Virus record (IMG/VR): IMGVR_UViG_2541047823_000003
Reading direction: 5' to 3' (one strand)
Length of the DNA: 32,947 nucleotides
From: a virus
Lineage: Duplodnaviria; Heunggongvirae; Uroviricota; Caudoviricetes
This document shows, in pieces, positions 9,207-17,898 of the stretch. The first letter of the stretch is position 1. Every line of letters begins with the position of its first letter. The translations under genes and the position numbers were made by a program. The notes beneath the pieces are model-generated. The model made no database searches and was not told where the DNA came from. It saw nothing but the letters and a program-made list of their open reading frames with translations.

Positions 9207-9389
9207 CTATGCTTCAATCAAATCCTCCAGTTTGCGGGCCTTTGAACGTGTGCAGTCAATCGGGTCATTGGTTTTACGGGTATTAAAAAGGGTTTCCACC
9301 CCCGGAATATCAAGGAGGGTAAACCACGTACCATTTGACATGCCCAGTGCCGCACATCGTCCTCCTTTATCCGTCAGTTCAACACTCAC
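9207..9389 (-). CDS. Hypothetical small tail-module protein
   Basis: 60-aa ORF starting 3 nt after the tail tube stop; same strand and operon context; no recognisable motif. Confidence 0.35.
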   Translation of the reverse strand: MSVELTDKGGRCAALGMSNGTWFTLLDIPGVETLFNTRKTNDPIDCTRSKARKLEDLIEA

Positions 9390-9391
9390 CG

Positions 9392-9913
9392 TCAGCCCCC
9401 GATATTGATACGGTAGTCAGTCAGTTGATCAACACCTCCGACCCGGAAGATGTTGGCCAGATAGTCCAGTTGCAGCAGCTCTTCACCATCCAGTACCTGT
9501 CTGATATACGTGCAGGTGAAGCTACTGGAGAACTCGGCGTTCTCGTGCTGTTTGAACGTCCCCAGCGGGTTCTTCTTGAACATAATCGTCAGGAAGGTGA
9601 CCAGCGGGATTTCGTCAATCAGCCCCTGCGAGCTGTAGCGCTGGACGCTGGAACGACACTGCAGTGCCAGCGACCTGTACGGGTTCGCGGCAGACAGCAT
9701 CGCATCGCGGTAAAAGCTGTTCCATTTGATTTCGCCTTCCAGTTTGTCAAAACCAGCCGGGAGTTCCACCTTACCCACCATCCCCAGCGCCTTGTGTTCC
9801 TGCATAATCATGGAGACATCGGGGAGTTTAACTTCCTCAGCCCGTCCCAGCAGGTTAGTACCATCCAGATAGATGTTGGCATTCGTGATGCGGTTTATCT
9901 CAATCTTTGACAT
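9392..9913 (-). CDS. Tail tube protein (Mu M / P2 FII-like)
   Basis: 173-aa ORF directly downstream of the sheath gene with 1-nt overlap; size and position typical of contractile-tail tube. Confidence 0.75.
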   Translation of the reverse strand: MSKIEINRITNANIYLDGTNLLGRAEEVKLPDVSMIMQEHKALGMVGKVELPAGFDKLEGEIKWNSFYRDAMLSAANPYRSLALQCRSSVQRYSSQGLIDEIPLVTFLTIMFKKNPLGTFKQHENAEFSSSFTCTYIRQVLDGEELLQLDYLANIFRVGGVDQLTDYRINIGG

Positions 9914-11340
9914 CAGTTGCCCCCTTTCAGGGTTAACAGGTATTCCGAGGTGATCTCAGTCTCAAACGTCAGTCGCTCCAGCGGCGGTGGTGGCGTATAT
10001 TTGTAGCTCAGCAACAGGTGCCCGGCGGCCAGCTCCGTCTCCGGATTGCGGGCCGGATCAAACCAGCAACGGAAGCCCAGTACCGCACCATCACCAGTCA
10101 TTTTGCGACCGTAGGCGTTGACCGACTCCGTCAGTGCATCAATCAGCGCCTGAGTAATCGGCATGTCGATGTACTGCTGGCTGAAATAACGAATGGACTC
10201 GTTGATCACATCACCGGTGCGGCGAACGTTCTCAAAGTTACGCATATGGGTGACCGTTGGCCATGCTGCCGTCCGGTTACCCCACAGACGAAGGCCGCTG
10301 CCGTAACTGCTGAATACCGTGGTGATCCCCTGTTCGTTAAGCAGGTTCACCTCACTCTGCGGGTCATCAATCATCGCGGACAGCTGGCGCTCCACGCCGG
10401 TGATCCCCAGAATCTCCTGATTGGAGGATGACCACCAGTAGCCCTTGTCCAGATCGACTCTGGCACGCAGACCTGCTGCACGCTGGCTGAGCGGCTCCAG
10501 ACGCTCTGTGTTTGTCACCGGGTCATATACCTTCACATGCGGATAGCACAGACGGACGCGGTCGGAGCTGGTATTGAAGTTGATGGTGCCTTCCGGGCCA
10601 CGACCTGCCAGAGCCTGTGCAAAGGTGGTACCGACAGGCGCATCAATGTAGGTTACCGCGCCCAGCTTCTCTGCCATGGCGATAAGCTCAACTGCGACAC
10701 TCTTCTGGGTGCAGAACACCGGCGCAATCAGAATTTTGGCGAAATAGCCGTACAGGTTGAAGCTGTCGTTAAGCAGCTTCATGCCGGTTCGGTTTCCGGC
10801 GCTGTTCACCCCGCCGATGATGTCCGCCGCAGTCACCTTCGACGGGTCCGCGTACTCATAGCTCACCTTCACGCTGCCACCGGCCTCAATAGCCTTGCCC
10901 AGGTTCGTGAGCACACCCGCCTGCGCATCAACACGGTAGTCCGTGTTCGCCGTGTGGGTGGTGCTGCCTTCACTGTTTTTCACCACCACATTAGCGACAA
11001 CCGGATGCGCCAGTCTGGCCTGCCCTGTCGATTTGTCAAAGGTAACCACCTCATCCTCGATCGCCGTTTTATGTTTCGCCGGGTCGAGGACGTTAATGAC
11101 CAGAACGGTACCTGCACCATGGTCATAAATCGCATCCAGCGCCTGCGGAATGGTAAAGCCGGTGAACTGGCTGCCAAATGCCGCTGCGTCTTTCTCAGAC
11201 AGGCACTGTACCAGCGTATTGACATCCCCCATCGGGGCGGTACCAATCAGGCCAATAACGGCAGATTTCACCGTTTTAACCGGGCGGGCACCGTTTTCCA
11301 CCTCAATGGTTTCGGGACCATGCAGATAGTTAGCTGCCAT
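9913..11340 (-). CDS. Tail sheath protein (Mu L-like)
   Basis: 475-aa ORF preceding the tube gene; size and position typical of myovirus sheath. Confidence 0.8.
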   Translation of the reverse strand: MAANYLHGPETIEVENGARPVKTVKSAVIGLIGTAPMGDVNTLVQCLSEKDAAAFGSQFTGFTIPQALDAIYDHGAGTVLVINVLDPAKHKTAIEDEVVTFDKSTGQARLAHPVVANVVVKNSEGSTTHTANTDYRVDAQAGVLTNLGKAIEAGGSVKVSYEYADPSKVTAADIIGGVNSAGNRTGMKLLNDSFNLYGYFAKILIAPVFCTQKSVAVELIAMAEKLGAVTYIDAPVGTTFAQALAGRGPEGTINFNTSSDRVRLCYPHVKVYDPVTNTERLEPLSQRAAGLRARVDLDKGYWWSSSNQEILGITGVERQLSAMIDDPQSEVNLLNEQGITTVFSSYGSGLRLWGNRTAAWPTVTHMRNFENVRRTGDVINESIRYFSQQYIDMPITQALIDALTESVNAYGRKMTGDGAVLGFRCWFDPARNPETELAAGHLLLSYKYTPPPPLERLTFETEITSEYLLTLKGGN

Positions 11341-11584
11341 GGGTGTCCTCCGTTTTCACTTCGCTGTCACTGCTGCTTCTGCGCTTTGGTGACTGCACAG
11401 CCGGTGTGCCGGCGGGTTTAGTCTCTTCAGGTACCGGCGTCAGATGTTTCAGCGCCACCAGTACCTTCACGTAGTCATGCTCCTCCGGCAGGGAAACCGT
11501 CTTCCCCGGCCAGAGCAGGATTTCGGTTCCGTCCGACAGCGTGACGCCGCTGGCCGGGCCGGAATAGCGGTATTCTTTCATCAC
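11330..11584 (-). CDS. Hypothetical protein (head-tail joining region)
   Basis: 84-aa ORF coupled to both neighbours between the gp37-like gene and the sheath gene. Confidence 0.45.
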   Translation of the reverse strand: MMKEYRYSGPASGVTLSDGTEILLWPGKTVSLPEEHDYVKVLVALKHLTPVPEETKPAGTPAVQSPKRRSSSDSEVKTEDTHGS

Positions 11585-12045
11585 TCGCTTTCCTCATAGT
11601 TCACTTCGGTTAACAGCGGGTCGGACGGTAAATCGCTGTCTTCGATAAAGACGCTTTCAGTCGCGAAGTCGAGGGCGTACTGCCACAGCCCCCTGACTTC
11701 ACCGATAAACACCTCGCGGGTCAGCCAGATACGGCGGCGGCAGCCGGGCGGGGTGTGGCCACCGAGAATGCGGCGGACAGCATCCAGGACATTAATCGCC
11801 CCTTTTTTACCGTTGAGCTGGCGGAAGACCACCGTGACGCAGAGCTGGATAGTCTGAGACTGGATCACTGCACCGGTATCATCCGGCCTGTCAAAGCGCG
11901 AACCGGCATAGCTCAACAGCAACGCGCCAACCGGATGGTTCAGGCGATATTCAGCCGGTTTCTCCGGGAAGTACTCCACCTGCAGTTGCGGCAGCTTCTC
12001 GCGTAACCGGGCCAGTACCGCATCAAGGACGGGCAGAACGTTCAT
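11581..12045 (-). CDS. Mu gp37-like virion protein
   Basis: 154-aa ORF following the gp36-like gene with 1-nt overlap; position matches Mu gp37. Confidence 0.55.
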   Translation of the reverse strand: MNVLPVLDAVLARLREKLPQLQVEYFPEKPAEYRLNHPVGALLLSYAGSRFDRPDDTGAVIQSQTIQLCVTVVFRQLNGKKGAINVLDAVRRILGGHTPPGCRRRIWLTREVFIGEVRGLWQYALDFATESVFIEDSDLPSDPLLTEVNYEESE

Positions 12046-12491
12046 CAGTATTTCTCCAGTAAACCGTCACGACCGCCGAAAGTAGCCGGGCGACTGCGTA
12101 CACGAAACTCGCCAGGCTCAGGCACATCTTTCTGAGTGGACGGCAGCCCCAGCGTGAGCCTGTTATCACGTAACTCCCTGAGTTGCCGCAGCGCTTCTTT
12201 GTGGTCATCCTTCACCGTATCCGGGAGGTCACCTTCCGGGCGGCGGGCGTAGAGCCGGTAACGGACCAGCGTGATGGCAATGTCCCGCAGAACAGTCGGT
12301 ATCTCTGCCAGTGGCAGGATATAGCGTCCGCGCAGATGGGCATCAATCAGCTCGTCGGCATAGCGGATACAGCTGTCCACCACACGGGTATTCACTGTTG
12401 CAGGTGAGTCGAAGTCCATCTCTTCACTGGTGAGCTCGATAAGCGTCCGCTCCGGCACCTGCGCAAGCAAATCCTCCAGGGTGCAGTACAT
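12045..12491 (-). CDS. Mu gp36-like protein
   Basis: Track ORF 12045..12653 overlaps the upstream gene by 160 nt; internal Met (MYCTLEDLLAQ...) at 12491 gives a 148-aa product starting 2 nt after the upstream stop; position matches Mu gp36. Confidence 0.55.
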   Translation of the reverse strand: MYCTLEDLLAQVPERTLIELTSEEMDFDSPATVNTRVVDSCIRYADELIDAHLRGRYILPLAEIPTVLRDIAITLVRYRLYARRPEGDLPDTVKDDHKEALRQLRELRDNRLTLGLPSTQKDVPEPGEFRVRSRPATFGGRDGLLEKY

Positions 12492-12492
12492 G

Positions 12493-12831
12493 TCACACCC
12501 CGCGCAGGATACGAATGACGTCGCCTTCACCCCCGGCTTCATCAAGTGCAATACCACAGGATTTACCGTCGCCGGACTGCGGCACGGCTCTGGCCTGAGC
12601 ATCTGACTGAACAGCCACACCACGGCTGACAGCGGCCCCGGCCTCGACAGCAATAATGCCCAGAACGCTCACCGGCGTGCTGTCGCCGGTAACAGCATCC
12701 ACTTCGGCAACCCCGAGCGCTGCGGCACCGGCTTTACAGGGGGTATTATCTGCCCCGACAAAACGCTGCTGTGCCAGTGCTGCCCCTGCCGTTACGGTTG
12801 TGATCAGAATGACCTGCTGAGTGGTTCCCAT
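12493..12831 (-). CDS. Hypothetical head protein (Gly/Ala-rich)
   Basis: 112-aa ORF immediately downstream of the major capsid gene; compositionally biased. Confidence 0.45.
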   Translation of the reverse strand: MGTTQQVILITTVTAGAALAQQRFVGADNTPCKAGAAALGVAEVDAVTGDSTPVSVLGIIAVEAGAAVSRGVAVQSDAQARAVPQSGDGKSCGIALDEAGGEGDVIRILRGV

Positions 12832-12840
12832 AACGCCTCC

Positions 12841-13794
12841 TTATTTACTGATACCGGTAATGAGATACCCGGCATCGCCACCAACCACGGCGACTTTGTA
12901 GATATCGGTATAACGGCAGTACTTCACCTTGCCACCGGCTCCGTCGTATTTGTCGGCAACAGGCATCCCCTTACGACGCAGGGTGTAGCCGAAGGACGGC
13001 TCGTTCTCGTCCGCGCTGTCCGCCCCCGGCTGCGGTTTGCCGACATAGTGCAGCATCAGATTGTCTCCCCAGATATCCGCCGGCACGCTGTTCTTATCCA
13101 TTGCCGCTTTCATGGACGGCAGGGAGACTGGGGCACCGATGACGATCTCTTCGATCTGAAAGAGGTCCTGCAGGATTTCTGTGGTGATGCGCTTGCGTTC
13201 GTTGGCTCCGATGGCGGCCTGAATCGCCGGGTGGAACTTCAGCAGCGCCATCACGCCGGCCCCCATGGTCATCAGGTTAGGACGCAGCCCCGTGGCCGTA
13301 CGGACCGCTTCCATACCGGCTTCAATCACCCCGATGGGGTCCCCCTTACCACCGGCCCAGCGATCACTGGCTGTCAGTTTTTTGACGTGCCCGGTACGGT
13401 AGACCTTTTCATCCTGAGCCAGACGGGCAGCGATAAGTTCACGGCGCAGGTTCACGCCATTCGTGGCGCGACGGATGGCCTTGCTCTCTTCGTTAAACAT
13501 GGACTCCGCCTGCTCGCGATAGTCCACCGGCGCAGCCAGATCGTGTTCACCCAGCACCAGGTCCAGCGTGCCTGTTTTTTCACGGACCAGAACATTGCTG
13601 TCCGCCCCGACGGCACGCTCGGTGTCATATTCCACAAAGGCGGTTTTCCCGAAGGTCGGTACACGCACGCCTTCCTTGTCCGTCAGCACGACGGGGAAAA
13701 TACGTTCGCCGATGAATGCGGCATTTTTATAGCCACGGGCGATACTGGTCAGTACCGGATCAACGACACGTTTACCTTTTAAGTAATCAGACAT
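12841..13794 (-). CDS. Major capsid protein (Mu gpT-like)
   Basis: 317-aa ORF following the protease/scaffold gene, as in Mu I-T order. Confidence 0.75.
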   Translation of the reverse strand: MSDYLKGKRVVDPVLTSIARGYKNAAFIGERIFPVVLTDKEGVRVPTFGKTAFVEYDTERAVGADSNVLVREKTGTLDLVLGEHDLAAPVDYREQAESMFNEESKAIRRATNGVNLRRELIAARLAQDEKVYRTGHVKKLTASDRWAGGKGDPIGVIEAGMEAVRTATGLRPNLMTMGAGVMALLKFHPAIQAAIGANERKRITTEILQDLFQIEEIVIGAPVSLPSMKAAMDKNSVPADIWGDNLMLHYVGKPQPGADSADENEPSFGYTLRRKGMPVADKYDGAGGKVKYCRYTDIYKVAVVGGDAGYLITGISK

Positions 13795-13808
13795 GCTCTC
13801 TCCTTAAA

Positions 13809-14924
13809 TTACAGGCAGCGTGCGACAGCAGCCTCATAGCTGATGCCTTCTTTTTTGGACAGGGCCACTGCTTTCTGATGCAGGGCCAGACGCTCAGGAT
13901 CGGCTTCCGCAAACTCTGCCACATCCACCTTCACCGTGTCGCCGACACGCTCTTTTGTGGCCTGTTCGGCGAAATTCATCACCGGCTCCCCGTCGGAGAG
14001 CAATGAACGAAAGGCGGTGGCCAGCGGTGTGCGGCTTTCCCCCTCAGCAAACTCCACCGGCTTGTCGCCACCGGCGACGGCATCCAGCAGGGCAACCACC
14101 ACGGAGGAGGCGCGGGGAGCCAGACGGCCCTCTGCGACCAGTTTTTCTGCAAAGGCCACATTGTCCTTATGCAGTTGCTCCTGTCTGACCTGTGCATCAC
14201 GCGCATCGCGATCAGCAGCCTGCTGCTTCAGGCGGCGGTTCTCCTCCTGAAGGGCTTCAATCTCTTCTTTTGTCATCGATGATTCCTCGTTACTTGCGGA
14301 AGACGGCCCCGGGCCTGTCTCACTGAATTGTGCACCTGCTGCATCCTGCGACAGTGTGTCGCGGTACGCCTCTTCGCGCAGACTGTTGAGCTGCCATTCC
14401 GGCAGGACTTTTTCTGCCTCGTCCAGACTGAAGCGGGCGATCAGAAAATCGCGCAGCTTTCCCCACAGGGAGGCATTCGTGATGGCCTGCCAGTCGGCGA
14501 ACTCCACCACACCTTCTTCCTGCTCACTGAAGGACACCTGTTTCAGCCCCTTGATGGAAGGTGGCTGTGCCCCGAGAAAGCCCACATGGCGAAGGTAGAG
14601 CACGCCGGGCTTCGGATTGGACGGTGAATCCGGGAGGTAGAAAGAGGCGGACACTTTTTTGAATCGTCCGTCGGTGACCATCTCAGCAAACTGCGGGTCC
14701 AGCTGGGCAGGCTCTGCCATCAGATCGACGCCGCTGAGCGACAGGGCTTTCACCCAGCCCCACGCCGGGTCTTCCGTTCTGGGATGACCAATCACGAGTG
14801 GTGCTTCATGGACGGACGGGTCATAGGCTTTCACGCAGGCGGCAAGATCGTCTGGCGTGAACGGCAGTTTTTTGCCGTGCATATCGGTATGAGTACCGGC
14901 TTTAAAAATGTGAATGGCTGACAT
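13809..14924 (-). CDS. Head maturation protease / scaffold (Mu gpI-like)
   Basis: 371-aa ORF; acidic, Gln/Glu-rich coiled-coil C-terminal half (EEIEALQEENRRLKQQAADRDARDAQ) typical of a scaffold domain; position upstream of the major capsid gene. Confidence 0.75.
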   Translation of the reverse strand: MSAIHIFKAGTHTDMHGKKLPFTPDDLAACVKAYDPSVHEAPLVIGHPRTEDPAWGWVKALSLSGVDLMAEPAQLDPQFAEMVTDGRFKKVSASFYLPDSPSNPKPGVLYLRHVGFLGAQPPSIKGLKQVSFSEQEEGVVEFADWQAITNASLWGKLRDFLIARFSLDEAEKVLPEWQLNSLREEAYRDTLSQDAAGAQFSETGPGPSSASNEESSMTKEEIEALQEENRRLKQQAADRDARDAQVRQEQLHKDNVAFAEKLVAEGRLAPRASSVVVALLDAVAGGDKPVEFAEGESRTPLATAFRSLLSDGEPVMNFAEQATKERVGDTVKVDVAEFAEADPERLALHQKAVALSKKEGISYEAAVARCL

Positions 14925-15059
14925 TTTGCTGTCCCGCGTTATGTTGTCGGAGACAGTTTGTGAGAAATGCAGGCCCGGCGATTTTAATCTGCTTTAGAAA
15001 ACATCAGGGGAGAAGGACAGGGAAAGCAATGCGGTGAACCGGAGGCGGTTATAAAACAG

Positions 15060-15082
15060 AGGCTGTAAAGCCTTTATAAAGG
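15060..15082. promoter_or_regulatory. Inverted repeat AGGCTgtaaAGCCT overlapping a perfect 12-bp palindrome CCTTTATAAAGG in the 214-bp gap upstream of the protease/scaffold gene
   Basis: Read directly from sequence at 15060-15073 and 15071-15082; only sizeable non-coding gap inside the head module; Mu has a late promoter (P_I) at the equivalent place. Confidence 0.3.
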
Positions 15083-15138
15083 TAATACAGCCCCTCATTC
15101 TCTGGCAATGATAAATCACCCGCCTGAAGAGAGAAAAC

Positions 15139-15597
15139 TCAGCGACGGGCCGCTGATTCAAGATGGCGGACAATGGTATCGAGGATGGGGATTACCACTT
15201 CAGGCTGTAGTTCTCCATCCCCCGTCACCGGCAGGAACGGGCGGGCCGGAAGTTCAACAGACTCATTACGCCCCGTTTTACCCCCGAACTGGTGAATGGC
15301 ACCGTAAACAACGTTGGTCCCCACAACAGCCTGCCGGTCGTCATGGTCGGTTGATACTGACCCCATCAGACGCCCGGTATCCTGCAGTGTCTGCCCGTCA
15401 CGTTCTTCCGCTGCCAGCGAGGGCATCCACCCCGGACGCCCCTCATCAAGAAAGTTAAACTGTGTTTCCGCCAGCAGGGTTCCGGCGATTTTGCGCATCG
15501 CGGGCTCCAGGTCTGTGGCAGCAAGATCCAGCGCACGGAGGCTCCGGCGCAGGGATTTATCGTTAATGGTGATACTGACCAGGTTATCGGAAGCCAT
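15139..15597 (-). CDS. Virion morphogenesis protein (Mu gpG-like)
   Basis: 152-aa ORF between the F-like and protease genes, as in Mu F-G-I order. Confidence 0.55.
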   Translation of the reverse strand: MASDNLVSITINDKSLRRSLRALDLAATDLEPAMRKIAGTLLAETQFNFLDEGRPGWMPSLAAEERDGQTLQDTGRLMGSVSTDHDDRQAVVGTNVVYGAIHQFGGKTGRNESVELPARPFLPVTGDGELQPEVVIPILDTIVRHLESAARR

Positions 15598-15599
15598 TG

Positions 15600-16421
15600 T
15601 TATCCTCTCAGTTCCTGTTGTGCCAGTGGCTGAAGCGTACCCTGATAGCGGGCCAGGTCGGGACGGTATGCTGCCCCCGGTGCATAAGACCAGCCGACGT
15701 CGGTGGTCACCTTCGTGGTGCCGGTATTAAAGGTGGCCACGTTCCGCATTTCGCCGGTTTTCTCTGAGACCAGTTTCAGTTCCTGGCCCATGGCAGAGCC
15801 GGAGCTGATAACCTTCAGGCCACGGGCACGTACATCCGCCGCACTCAGGGCAATCACACTACAGCGGCAGCGCCAGCCGTTCGGCGGGTAAAATGCCTGC
15901 CAGAACGGGTCATCCCAGCGCAGCACCAGACCATGCAGCGCCAGATGGCTCCTGCGGGTATGGCTGTCGTTGATGCCGGTATACATCCAGTACGGCCTGT
16001 CGTCGACGTTTTCCATCTGTTCCGCCCAACGACCGGCGCTGTAGAGTACGGACATATTGGTGCGAAAGATGGTATCGAGCCGCCACGGACTGCCCTGCTG
16101 AATGGTGACCGGCTCACCCGTTACCGGGTCAGTCGTGTCACGTGGTCCCCACCATCCCTTACGCTTCAGCACCGGCTCCAGCTCCTGCCGGAACCAGCGA
16201 TCGGTTTTTCCTTCATCGACAGCCTGCTGCAGTGCCCCGCGAATATCTTCCAGGATATCCAGGCGGGTCACTTTAGCAACGGTAAAGGCGCGGGCATGGG
16301 CCTCCTGCCACATTTCTTCCCAGTCCCAGGTAATCTGATACCCTTTGGACTTCAGGTAGTTGATTGCCCGCTTCGGGGGAAGCGTCATGCAGTACGCCAG
16401 TTCAGCCGTTGTCACGCTCAT
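15600..16421 (-). CDS. Head morphogenesis protein (Mu gpF / SPP1 gp7 family)
   Basis: 273-aa ORF directly after the portal gene; WRCRC motif region typical of the Mu F family; true start may be the internal Met near 16388. Confidence 0.7.
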   Translation of the reverse strand: MSVTTAELAYCMTLPPKRAINYLKSKGYQITWDWEEMWQEAHARAFTVAKVTRLDILEDIRGALQQAVDEGKTDRWFRQELEPVLKRKGWWGPRDTTDPVTGEPVTIQQGSPWRLDTIFRTNMSVLYSAGRWAEQMENVDDRPYWMYTGINDSHTRRSHLALHGLVLRWDDPFWQAFYPPNGWRCRCSVIALSAADVRARGLKVISSGSAMGQELKLVSEKTGEMRNVATFNTGTTKVTTDVGWSYAPGAAYRPDLARYQGTLQPLAQQELRG

Positions 16422-17898
16422 GCAGACGCCCCCAGATATTTGTCACAAAGAGAATGCGGGCCAGCCGCTCCTGCAGATCGTCCGTGTTCATCTGAGGGTA
16501 GAGCTCCGCCAGTTCGCCCAGCAGCTCAGACGGGTTAACCCCATTTTCGACCCGCCTGAACAGAGGTGCCAGGACGGGTTCCAGCGTGCCATTTAACGCG
16601 CCTCCGTTCATCAGAATGTCCAGCGCGTCGTCAAGCTGCTGCTGAGCCTGAATATCAGCATCAATCGCCTCGGCAAATGACAGCGGCAGCATGTTATTCT
16701 GGCGTTCCGACGGTGGTGTCTCGTCAATATCGCCGTCCTGCAGTTGGTACTCACGCTTGAAGTACTGCGGGGTCAGACGCAGACCCGCCCGGGTGAGTTT
16801 TTCGTCGCGGGTGGCACGGGTGTCATCAATGGCCTCCTGTTCCCACATGGCCCAGACCGGACACGGCACATCGCCGAAGTTCAGGGTGACCACCGTTCTG
16901 ATGACCTGATTCACTGCCGCCTGAATGATGTCCGCATCCGCATCGCGGATATCAGCCGTTACCTCCAGCCCGGCCTGTGCAGAGGCCTTGTTACTGTTCG
17001 CTTCCGTGGTCTGATTCTGACCGAGTAATGCAATGGAGATCTCACTGCGTGACAGTGTGATCAGCTCGCGAAATACCTCGCTGCTGTCTGCCTTGCCATC
17101 CGCTGCCCTGAGCTCAATACTGCTGTCATCGGGGATGGCGGCCACCGCGTCCTCCACCATCTGCTCCATGGAGTCCAGCAGTTTTTCAATCTCTGCATCA
17201 TTTGCGCCCCTCGGGTGCTTACCGATCACCCACGGGGAGCCAAACTTTTCGGCAAAGCGGAGCCAGAATTTCATCCCGCCTTTCTTGAAGGCGACCGGCC
17301 AGAAGCACATGGACAGGTCCGGGAAACCGTAAGGATTGTCATACGAGGCATCCTGTGCCGGCACCACGAATTTTGACGGTGACAGCAGCTCACCCTCCAC
17401 ACCCGCATCACGCGCCCGGAAGCGCAGGCAGTTGTCCGTATCAAACTGAAACCACTCAGGCGGTTTGCCGACAATATCCGTCACCGCCCACGACCTGACC
17501 GAACGGCCCCACATGATTTCACAGGGCTGATACCCGTAGAGCACGGCATCGCTCATTTCACCGATGATGCGGGACAGATCCAGATCGTCGAGCATGTCGC
17601 GGATGAAACGGAAGACCCGGGCAGAGGCGTGACCACGCTCCAGTCCACGCTCCAGCGATTTGAGCGCTGCTTTACGTCTGCGGATACAGCCCCCGACCAG
17701 CGGGTCGGTGCGCAGTTCGCGGTAGATACGGATATCCCGTCCCTGAGCCTTGAGAATGGGATCAGGATTGGGCAGATACATGCCCAGTCCGTAAAAGTCG
17801 ATCGCGCGGCTGCGGGAGGCAATCTGCGCGGTCAGTGATTTCTGAGGCTCAGAAAAAGCAACAAATTCATCGGGTGAAACCCAGATACCCCTCGCCAT
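16402..17898 (-). CDS. Portal protein (Mu gp29-like)
   Basis: 498-aa ORF immediately downstream of the large terminase with 1-nt overlap; size and position typical. Confidence 0.8.
   Translation of the reverse strand: MARGIWVSPDEFVAFSEPQKSLTAQIASRSRAIDFYGLGMYLPNPDPILKAQGRDIRIYRELRTDPLVGGCIRRRKAALKSLERGLERGHASARVFRFIRDMLDDLDLSRIIGEMSDAVLYGYQPCEIMWGRSVRSWAVTDIVGKPPEWFQFDTDNCLRFRARDAGVEGELLSPSKFVVPAQDASYDNPYGFPDLSMCFWPVAFKKGGMKFWLRFAEKFGSPWVIGKHPRGANDAEIEKLLDSMEQMVEDAVAAIPDDSSIELRAADGKADSSEVFRELITLSRSEISIALLGQNQTTEANSNKASAQAGLEVTADIRDADADIIQAAVNQVIRTVVTLNFGDVPCPVWAMWEQEAIDDTRATRDEKLTRAGLRLTPQYFKREYQLQDGDIDETPPSERQNNMLPLSFAEAIDADIQAQQQLDDALDILMNGGALNGTLEPVLAPLFRRVENGVNPSELLGELAELYPQMNTDDLQERLARILFVTNIWGRLHERDNG

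Noticed and set aside
10537-11421. 294-aa plus-strand ORF
   Set aside because: Antisense to the tail sheath gene; Arg/His-rich composition typical of GC-rich antisense frames.
13048-13782. 244-aa plus-strand ORF
   Set aside because: Antisense to the major capsid gene; no independent support.
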